Positions 33,639-40,919 of a stretch of DNA of 64,000 nt are shown here, piece after piece (the stretch's first letter is position 1; every line of letters starts with the position of its first letter). The notes under the pieces were generated by a model. That model was not told where the DNA came from. It saw only the letters and a list, made by a program, of their open reading frames with translations, and did no database searches. Made by a program: the position numbers and the translations under genes. Origin of the DNA: Vicinamibacterales bacterium (GTDB lineage: Bacteria > Acidobacteriota > Vicinamibacteria > Vicinamibacterales > SCN-69-37); contig JBKJJZ010000510.1 in assembly GCA_046597705.1 (NCBI GenBank), positions 699 to 64,698 of the forward strand, read 5' to 3'.

Positions 33639-35000
33639 GTGCCCCGTTACCACTTCAACGATTTCGTCCTGTCGCCACGCCGCCGGCTGCTACTGCGCGG
33701 CGAGACGAAACAACCGCTGATTCCACGCTACTTCGATCTCCTGGTCTTTCTTGTCGAGCATCGCCACGAGGCCGTGCATCGGCGCGACATCTTTGATCGC
33801 GTCTGGACCGACGCCATCGTTTCTGACAGCGCGCTCAGCCAGGCGATCCGCACCATCCGCCGCGTCCTTGGCGACGACCACCGGGAGCCGAGATTTATCG
33901 GAACGGTCTCACGGCATGGATATCGCTTCGTCTTCGCCGAGGTTCGTGAAGAGGATGAAGATGCGGCGTGGCCGCCGGTGCAGGCGGTCGAGCCTGCGAT
34001 CGAAGTCGCGCTGCCGGCAACTGACCCGTTCGAGGTCCTCATAGCTCGTATCACACGGGTCGCAGCCGACGCCGCCGAGCAAGAAGATCAGCGCGAGGCC
34101 GCAGAGCTTCTTCATAGTCTTGGCACCGCGGAAGCGCTGCGACGCCTCGACCTGCGGCCAGGCCATGCACTCGGTCGTGCGCTGCTGCGCGATACCCGTT
34201 GGGATGCCGCCGAGGCGGGCAGCGTTCCGCTGATGGGGCAGCCCGCGCCGCTTGCGACGGCTCGCGCGCTGGTGCGGCTGCGCTTGCGGCGAGCATCGCG
34301 AGAAGTGGCTGCCAGGTGGCAAGGCGCGTCAGCCGGAGCCGCGGTGGCCGGAATGATTGGAGGTGCGCTGGGCGGCTTGCTGCTGGCCAGCGTTCCTGGA
34401 AGCGCAGCGTCGTTCGCGGTGGCTCCGGTGCTGGCTCTGATCGGTGCGGCCTGCGGCGCGCTCGGCGGCGCCGGTGTTGGCGCGGGATTGTCTGCAGCGG
34501 AGGCGGCGGCCCGCTCGCGGCGGACCCTTGCGCTGGTGTTCGGCGCTTCGGCCGGCGGCGGGCTGGCGGGCACCGCCGCCCAATGGCTGGGCCGATGGAG
34601 CCTGGCGGCGCTCGTTGGCGTACACCTTGATATCGGCGGAGCCCTGGAGGGCGTGATGATCGGCGCCGCCGCAGGACTGGGATATGGCCTGGCCACTTCC
34701 GGCACTGAGGCGGGCCTGGCCGCCCCACGGGGAGCACGCCGGTTTCGCGTGGCAATCGTGACCGCCATGTTCTGTGGCCTGGCCGCCCTCGTGTTGAGCA
34801 CCGCGGGCCGGCCGCTGGTCGGCGGCACGATTCACACGATTGCCACAGGCGCCACCGGGTCCCAGGCTGCGCTGACTCCGCTCAGCCGACTCATCGGCGA
34901 GCCGGACTTCGGTCCCGTATCAAGCGCCATCAGCGGCATCGTCGAAGGTGTGCTTTTCGGCCTTGGTCTCTCGTTCGGACTGACCCGGCGCCGCAAATAG
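33639..35000 (+). CDS. Membrane-anchored winged-helix (OmpR/CadC-type) transcriptional regulator without receiver domain
   Basis: The wHTH is FVLSPRRRLLLRGETKQPLIPRYFDLLVFLVEH...ALSQAIRTIRRVLGD...IGTVSRHGYRF. The C-terminal half holds Gly/Ala-rich TM segments. GTG 33639 follows the kinase stop. Confidence 0.7.
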   Translation: MPRYHFNDFVLSPRRRLLLRGETKQPLIPRYFDLLVFLVEHRHEAVHRRDIFDRVWTDAIVSDSALSQAIRTIRRVLGDDHREPRFIGTVSRHGYRFVFAEVREEDEDAAWPPVQAVEPAIEVALPATDPFEVLIARITRVAADAAEQEDQREAAELLHSLGTAEALRRLDLRPGHALGRALLRDTRWDAAEAGSVPLMGQPAPLATARALVRLRLRRASREVAARWQGASAGAAVAGMIGGALGGLLLASVPGSAASFAVAPVLALIGAACGALGGAGVGAGLSAAEAAARSRRTLALVFGASAGGGLAGTAAQWLGRWSLAALVGVHLDIGGALEGVMIGAAAGLGYGLATSGTEAGLAAPRGARRFRVAIVTAMFCGLAALVLSTAGRPLVGGTIHTIATGATGSQAALTPLSRLIGEPDFGPVSSAISGIVEGVLFGLGLSFGLTRRRK

Positions 35001-35127
35001 CGCCCGTCTCACCCACATCTCACGCGCTCCTCACCAATCGCTCAAGACTCGGGAGGCTCGAACCGGGATACTGCGCCAGAATGGCCGCTGACTGGACGAA
35101 GACCTGGCTTGCGCGGGTGCCGGTGCG

Positions 35128-35874
35128 ATGACATCCGCTTGGCACGATCCCGAACAACCTGCACCCGGAGGCCGGGACAGGTTCCATGTGGCAATCAACA
35201 TGGATGGGAATGGCCGATGGGCGATTCTTCGGGGTCAGCCAAGGGAGGCCGGCCACGTCGAGGGAGGCAGGGCGGTTCGACGAACAGTGCAGGCCGCGTC
35301 CTCGTTCGGCATCACCACCCTCACGCTCTACGCGTTCTCCTCGGACAATTGGCGACGGCCCCGCGGCGAAGTGGATAACCTGATGCTGCTGTTCCAGCAG
35401 TATTTGGACTCCGAGTGCGCGCGTCTCACTGACAGTGACGTGCGTTTCAGTGTCATCGGGCGCCGGGATCGAATCTCGGAAGGTCTTCGGCACAGCATCG
35501 AAACCGTCGAGGCCCGCACGCGTGATGGCGCCGCTCTTCATCTCAGGATTGCCATCGATTATTCGGCCCGGGAGGCGCTCCTGGCGGCGGCTGGCCATGT
35601 CACAGGGGGAACGCCGCCCACCCGTGAGGCATTCGAACGTTCCATGTATGAGGCGATTCACGCCGCGCCCGATACGCGCTACGTGGACTTGCTCATCCGC
35701 ACCGGTGGAGAAAAACGTCTGAGTGACTTCCTGCTGTGGGAGTCCGCTTACGCTGAGCTCTATTTCACCGACGTCATGTGGCCAGACTTTACTAAGGCCG
35801 ATCTTGCGGCCGCCGTTCAGGCATTCGCAGCCCGTGATCGGCGATACGGCGCAATACGGCAGGCCGCTCCATGA
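35128..35874 (+). CDS. uppS: Isoprenyl transferase (undecaprenyl-diphosphate synthase family, cis-prenyltransferase)
   Basis: Motifs HVAINMDGNGRWA, GHVEGG, LTLYAFSSDNWRRP and DLLIRTGGEKRLSDFLLWESAYAELYF. Confidence 0.9.
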   Translation: MTSAWHDPEQPAPGGRDRFHVAINMDGNGRWAILRGQPREAGHVEGGRAVRRTVQAASSFGITTLTLYAFSSDNWRRPRGEVDNLMLLFQQYLDSECARLTDSDVRFSVIGRRDRISEGLRHSIETVEARTRDGAALHLRIAIDYSAREALLAAAGHVTGGTPPTREAFERSMYEAIHAAPDTRYVDLLIRTGGEKRLSDFLLWESAYAELYFTDVMWPDFTKADLAAAVQAFAARDRRYGAIRQAAP

Positions 35875-36644
35875 ACAACCGGTTTCTCGTCTGCATCCAC
35901 GACGCCACGCCGGCCTACGCACGCGAGACTCAAGAGATGATCCGGGATCTCGCCCCGTTACTCGGGCGTCGTCTCTCGTTCGCGGTCGTCCCCGACTGGC
36001 ACGGCAACTGGCCGTTGGCGGCCGCTCCCGACTATTGCCGGCTGATCCTCGAGAACTCGGAGGAGCTACTCCTGCACGGCTACCTGCATCACCAACCTTC
36101 GCTAATCGCTCGCGACGCTCGCAGCTATGGTTGGCTTCGCCGGACCAGCGGTGCGTTCGTGTCGTTGTTGACGCAATCAGCTGACGAAATGAACGGCCTC
36201 ACTCCTGACGAAACACACTACGTCCTCGATTGCGGGCAGCGCGTTTTCATCGAGATGTTCGGAGCGCCTGCGCGTGGCTTCCTCGCGCCGGCGTGGCAGC
36301 CCGGCCATGTGCGTGCGGGCAGCAGTCACGCGCCAGGCATCGAACACGTCCTTGGATTCTTCTCGCTCGAGTCCAGCACGGGCCGAAACATTCCGCTGGC
36401 CACATGGGCGTGGGACTGCGGCCGGTGGGGCTGGCTGGGACACATCGGCCATGGCATCGGGCGGCTGTCACACTCACTCAATCGCGGTGTGCCGGTCCTG
36501 GCCATTCATCCCAGAGACGTGCAACGAGGCTTCTGGCCCACGATCCTCCGGCTCACCAACGAACTTCTCGAGCAAGGGTACGAACCAGGCACTCCGGCGC
36601 AGCTGTTGGCAGCGCAACGGGGTTCTCAGAGCCGCGCATGCTGA
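35871..36644 (+). CDS. DUF2334 / polysaccharide-deacetylase-like protein
   Basis: FLVCIHDATPAYARE...FAVVPDWHG...LLLHGYLH. The ATG overlaps the uppS stop (ATGA). Confidence 0.55.
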   Translation: MNNRFLVCIHDATPAYARETQEMIRDLAPLLGRRLSFAVVPDWHGNWPLAAAPDYCRLILENSEELLLHGYLHHQPSLIARDARSYGWLRRTSGAFVSLLTQSADEMNGLTPDETHYVLDCGQRVFIEMFGAPARGFLAPAWQPGHVRAGSSHAPGIEHVLGFFSLESSTGRNIPLATWAWDCGRWGWLGHIGHGIGRLSHSLNRGVPVLAIHPRDVQRGFWPTILRLTNELLEQGYEPGTPAQLLAAQRGSQSRAC

Positions 36645-37252
36645 AGCAGATCTTCGACCGAGTCATGGAGCGACGGGCTCGCGTGCTGATGGAGCAGGTT
36701 GGTGCGTGGCTCCCCAGCGACGGACCCTTGCTTGACTTCGGTTCAGGGACTGGGCATTTCGCCGCACTGCTTGAACAACAGCGGGCGCTCGAAGTGGTCA
36801 CCGTGGACGTGAGCGATATTCATGTGGTGGGCCGGCCCCCGGTCGTAATCGCCGAAGGCGCGCTGCCATTTCAGGACAACGCGTTCTCGGCCGCGATGCT
36901 CTTCTTCATGCTCGCGTACCCGAACAATCCAACGGCCGTGCTGATGGAAGTGGCTCGCGTCACCCGCGGTCCCATCATTCTGGTGCAGTCGATTCACTCG
37001 AGCCGGCTGGGCTACGCGTGGCTTCGCGCGCGCGAGTTCGTCTGGACCGTTGTGGCCTTCCGTGTGTCGAAGGCCCTTGGCTATGTGCCTGCAGGCGCCA
37101 GGTTCAGCATGAATACGCAGCGGTTCTATACCGCCGAGGCACTTCAGAAAGACGTGGCAGCCGCCGGCCTTCAGGTTCGGTCGCAGCGACACCGAACCGT
37201 GTTGCCGGGCGGAGCGTTGGTGATCGCCGGCTGGAGCCTGCAGGCGCGATGA
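36638..37252 (+). CDS. Class I SAM-dependent methyltransferase
   Basis: Motif I is LLDFGSGTGHFA. The ATG at 36638 overlaps the upstream stop. Confidence 0.7.
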   Translation: MLKQIFDRVMERRARVLMEQVGAWLPSDGPLLDFGSGTGHFAALLEQQRALEVVTVDVSDIHVVGRPPVVIAEGALPFQDNAFSAAMLFFMLAYPNNPTAVLMEVARVTRGPIILVQSIHSSRLGYAWLRAREFVWTVVAFRVSKALGYVPAGARFSMNTQRFYTAEALQKDVAAAGLQVRSQRHRTVLPGGALVIAGWSLQAR

Positions 37253-38019
37253 GCGAAACCCGGCTCTCCTTCGTGATACCGGCGCACAACGAGGAGGCGC
37301 TGATTGGCGAGACCCTACAGGCGATTCTCGAGAGCGTGGCTCGCGCAACAGACGTGTGCCGGCGCGATCTCTGGCTCCCCGATTCACCGTTCGAGGTGAT
37401 CGTGGCCGACGATGCGAGCGACGATGACACGGCGGCCGCAGTTGGGAAGTTCAGCGACGACAACGGTGTGCGCCTGGTTCGCTGCGTCGGCGGAACCTGC
37501 GCCGCGGCCCGCAACGCGGGGGCAGCCGCCAGCGTGGGGCGCGTGCTCTGTTTCGTTGACGCGGATACCCTGGTTCCGGAGTCCGCGGTCGTTCGCATCC
37601 TCAAGCTGCATGAAGATGAAGGGCGGTGCCTGGTGTTGTATCGGCTCGCCTCCAGGGAGCCCGGCGTCCGCGCGTGGTTCTGGTGGAGCTTCTGGGGCAT
37701 GGCTCGGCGCGTCCCTTTGGCCAGGGCCAAGTCCATGCCGGCGTTCATGAGCTGTGACCGCGCCCACTTCAAGCGCTACGGTCCCTTCAACGAGTCCTGC
37801 GCGATTGCCGAAGAGTGGCCCCTTACCGGCGCGGCGTATCGGCACCACCGCGAGCGATTCCTCTATGATCGAAGCATCACGGCTCGCACCTCCAGCCGTC
37901 GGATGGAACTCCAGCCGTTCGGATACCTTCGAACATACCTGAAGTGGATCTCGGTGGTCCTCTTCCCCTGGGCGCGAACCTCGCTTACCGATATTCGACA
38001 CGAGATTCATCGTGGCTGA
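37249..38019 (+). CDS. Family 2 glycosyltransferase
   Basis: Motifs SFVIPAHNEE, VIVADDASDDDT and CFVDADT (DxD). ATGA overlap with the methyltransferase gene. Confidence 0.8.
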   Translation: MSETRLSFVIPAHNEEALIGETLQAILESVARATDVCRRDLWLPDSPFEVIVADDASDDDTAAAVGKFSDDNGVRLVRCVGGTCAAARNAGAAASVGRVLCFVDADTLVPESAVVRILKLHEDEGRCLVLYRLASREPGVRAWFWWSFWGMARRVPLARAKSMPAFMSCDRAHFKRYGPFNESCAIAEEWPLTGAAYRHHRERFLYDRSITARTSSRRMELQPFGYLRTYLKWISVVLFPWARTSLTDIRHEIHRG

Positions 38020-38779
38020 ACGCGCATACTTTTTCGCGAGCCTTTCTCTGGGATGGCTGCTCCGATCTGCCACGTACTCGCGAATCCGGGTCATCAATGA
38101 CAACGGCAACCGGAAGGTGCGCAAACGCCGCGGCTTCCACGCGCCCGTCTTGATCTGGATGGGTGGACTGGTTGCACGGATTCTGAATACCGGTCAGCGT
38201 GTGCTCGGACAGAAGGACTGGGAGGAGCGGGAGCGGCTGATCTACCAGGAGGTGCGCGGGACCTCCATCCAGGTCGATGCCGATGGGACGCTCGTCCTGC
38301 CGTTCATCGAGGGAAGAACACTCGCCACCCTGCTGGAGGACCCGGCCCGCGATGAATCGATGCGGAAGGAGGCGATTGAATCAGCGGTCGTCGCCCTCGC
38401 CCAGTTCCATCGGCTCGGCTTCACCCATGGAGACGCCATGGCTGAGAACGTGCTGATCGATGATTCGCGCGTCGCCCACTGGCTCGACTTTGAGTGCGTT
38501 CATGATTCGAGGCACTCCGTGGTCTGGCGGCGCGCCGATGATCTGCGATCACTGCTGTTCACGTGTCTCGTCCGCACCGCTCCAGAGAAAGTCCCAGAAG
38601 CGCTCCAGGCCATCCTGGTTGCTTACGGAGACGCAGATGTCGCTCAGGAATTGACGACGAGCTTCACGTCGGTGTGGCGCCGCTCGCTTGCCTTCCATCT
38701 TGCGCAGGCGAGATTGTCTTTTCAGTCGTTCCAGCAAATCGGCCGGTTACTTCAGGCGTTCAGAGGGGGCCCGCACTAG
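38012..38779 (+). CDS. Protein-kinase-like fold protein, Kdo/WaaP lipopolysaccharide-kinase family-like
   Basis: The catalytic-loop-like segment is FTHGDAMAENVLID and the DFG-like segment is WLDFECV. The GTG overlaps the GT2 3' end. Confidence 0.55.
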   Translation: MAERAYFFASLSLGWLLRSATYSRIRVINDNGNRKVRKRRGFHAPVLIWMGGLVARILNTGQRVLGQKDWEERERLIYQEVRGTSIQVDADGTLVLPFIEGRTLATLLEDPARDESMRKEAIESAVVALAQFHRLGFTHGDAMAENVLIDDSRVAHWLDFECVHDSRHSVVWRRADDLRSLLFTCLVRTAPEKVPEALQAILVAYGDADVAQELTTSFTSVWRRSLAFHLAQARLSFQSFQQIGRLLQAFRGGPH

Positions 38780-39642
38780 TGGCAGCACCCGATTCGCTCC
38801 AGCGCCACCGCGACGCCGTGCGCGCGCGACTGATTCACTCCAACCACGTGCGGACGCGGCCCGGCAGCGTCACGTGGAAAGTCAACCGCGAAATGGTGGT
38901 TGTGGCTGGCTGGGGCCGGGCCATCCTGCTGCAGCTTGCGCATCCATCGGTCGCTGCCGGCGTGCACGGCCACAGCACATTCCGTGGCAGCCTGTGCTCC
39001 AGCTTCAAGCGCCTGCACTCAACCGCTGGCGCGATGCTGTCCCTCACCTTCGGTGATACAGAGCAGATGATCAGAGCCGCCGCCGGCATCAACGCTATTC
39101 ACGACCGGGTACGCGGCCACGTCCCGGGGCCGGCCCGGCAGGCGTACTCCGCCCACGATCCAGATCTGCAACGGTGGGTGCACGCCACAATGCTCGACAC
39201 GATTCCACTCACATACGAACGTCTCGTCGGCCCACTGACTCTGCGTGAGCGGGATCAGTACTGCGTGGAAGCCGCGATCATGGAACCGCTCATGGGGATG
39301 CCGGACGGATGGCTCCCGAGAGACTCAGCGCAACTCGACAGCTACATGCGCCAGATGCTGGCCGGAGGCACACTGGTTGTGACCGACAACAGCCGGGCGC
39401 TGGCACAAGCACTTCTGTACCCGCCGCGATGGTATCTGCTCTGGCCGGCCTTCCGGCCCATGCAGCTGTTGACGGTCGGCTCGCTTCCGGCATCGATCCG
39501 GCAGGCCTACGGATTCGAGTGGCGCCCACGCGACGAGCGAGCCCTCGCGCGATGGATCAGATTGCTGAAAGCCTCGCAGCGGCTGCTTCCGCCCGTTGCG
39601 CGCGAGTGGCCGGTCGCAAGGCCTTCGAGGAGTGACGATTGA
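38779..39642 (+). CDS. DUF2236 / MpaB-family oxygenase-like protein
   Basis: VNREMVVVAGWGRAILLQLAHPSVAAGV...INAIHDRV...DLQRWVHATM. GTG 38779 shares a base with the upstream TAG. Confidence 0.6.
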   Translation: MAAPDSLQRHRDAVRARLIHSNHVRTRPGSVTWKVNREMVVVAGWGRAILLQLAHPSVAAGVHGHSTFRGSLCSSFKRLHSTAGAMLSLTFGDTEQMIRAAAGINAIHDRVRGHVPGPARQAYSAHDPDLQRWVHATMLDTIPLTYERLVGPLTLRERDQYCVEAAIMEPLMGMPDGWLPRDSAQLDSYMRQMLAGGTLVVTDNSRALAQALLYPPRWYLLWPAFRPMQLLTVGSLPASIRQAYGFEWRPRDERALARWIRLLKASQRLLPPVAREWPVARPSRSDD

Positions 39643-40832
39643 CTAAGAAACAAACATGGCTCGCGGTGATCGTGCTGATCCCCGGGCTGCTGATTCTGTT
39701 CGTGATGGGTCTGTTTATCTGGATGTCCTCCACTCCGCCCCTGCACCCGAATCCTCAGGATGTGCCATCGTCAGCGCAGTCGGCCCCTGGCGTGGAATGG
39801 GCTGCCGCGGTAGAGCAGGGCAAGCAGATCGTCCGTGCGAGCCTCGTCGAGCAGAACCTGCCGGGACTTTCGGTGGCGGTGGGCGTTGGCGGCAGCATCG
39901 TCTGGGCCGAAGGCATTGGCTTTGCGGATCTCGAGAAGCGCGTGCCCGTGTCCCTGGATACGCGCTTCAGGATCGGCACCGCTTCCATGGCGCTCACCTC
40001 GGCCGCCGTCGGCTTGCTGCTGGAGAGGGACCGGCTGAAGCTCGACGACAAGATACAGACGTACGTGCCCGAGTTTCCGGAGAAGCAGTGGCCTGTGACG
40101 TTGCGCCAACTGATGGGGCATGTCGGCGGCGTCATGAGAGACAACGGGGATGAGGAACCTGTCACGGTGCGATGCGAGGGAACTCTCGATGCGCTCGGAC
40201 GTTTTTCAAAGGCGCCACTGCGGTTCGAGCCTGGCACTGAGTTCCGTGTTTCCACCTATGGCTGGATTCTGGTGAGCGGGGCCGTCGAGAAGGCCTCGGA
40301 CGACCCGTTCTTCACCTTCATGCGGAGGCAGGTGTTCGAGCCGCTGGGCATGGTCGACACGAAGGCGGACTCCGCAATGGAGCCAAGCACGGACGGGGCG
40401 GTTTTCTATTTCCCGCAGTTTGCAGGCGATCCTCGCTACGGCCCGCAGGAACCAGGCGACGTGGACTATTCCTGCTTCGCCGGAGCCGCCGCATTCCTTT
40501 CAACCCCATCGGACCTTGTGCGCTTCGGTATGGCAGTCAACAGCGGCAAGTTCCTGCAGCCCGCCACGGTCCAACTACTCCAGACGGGACAGCGATTGTC
40601 GTCGGGAGAAGAGACGGGTTACGGCCTCGGTTGGGACCTTGAAGTGGCCACGCTAATGGGTGAACAAACCACTCTGGTAGGTCACGACGGGGAAATGAGT
40701 GGCGGGATGGTGTCGTCGTTGATGACGTTTCCCAAGCAAGGCATCGTCGTCTCGGTACTGTCGAATACCGCGTACGCGGACACGTTTTCTCTTGGCGTGA
40801 AACTGGCGCAGACCTTCGCGCAGAAGCGATAG
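39639..40832 (+). CDS. Beta-lactamase-fold serine-hydrolase family protein, membrane-anchored, catalytic motifs apparently substituted
   Basis: N-terminal TM segment. Fold signatures LPGLSVAVGVGGSIVWAEGIGFADLE, LRQLMGH and GLGWDL. TASM sits where SxxK is expected and VST where YxN is expected. TTGA overlap with the upstream gene. Confidence 0.65.
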   Translation: MTKKQTWLAVIVLIPGLLILFVMGLFIWMSSTPPLHPNPQDVPSSAQSAPGVEWAAAVEQGKQIVRASLVEQNLPGLSVAVGVGGSIVWAEGIGFADLEKRVPVSLDTRFRIGTASMALTSAAVGLLLERDRLKLDDKIQTYVPEFPEKQWPVTLRQLMGHVGGVMRDNGDEEPVTVRCEGTLDALGRFSKAPLRFEPGTEFRVSTYGWILVSGAVEKASDDPFFTFMRRQVFEPLGMVDTKADSAMEPSTDGAVFYFPQFAGDPRYGPQEPGDVDYSCFAGAAAFLSTPSDLVRFGMAVNSGKFLQPATVQLLQTGQRLSSGEETGYGLGWDLEVATLMGEQTTLVGHDGEMSGGMVSSLMTFPKQGIVVSVLSNTAYADTFSLGVKLAQTFAQKR

Positions 40833-40837
40833 GGAGG

Positions 40838-40897
40838 TACGTAGGGCATCCCTTTAGGGGCGCCGAATTGGCGCGGCTGAAGCCACGCCCTACGTAC
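40838..40897. repeat. Head-to-head pair of REP-like elements, one type-1 and one type-2 stem
   Basis: Sequence is gtacgtagggcatccctttaggggcgccgaattggcgcggctgaagccacgccctacgtac. The ends GTACGTAGGGC/GCCCTACGTAC are mutually complementary. Confidence 0.9.
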
Positions 40898-40919
40898 TAT
40901 ACGGAAGTCAAAAGCGCTC

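Noticed and set aside
35020-35922. 300-aa minus-strand ORF
   Set aside because: It is antisense to uppS, whose product contains all the canonical cis-prenyltransferase motifs.
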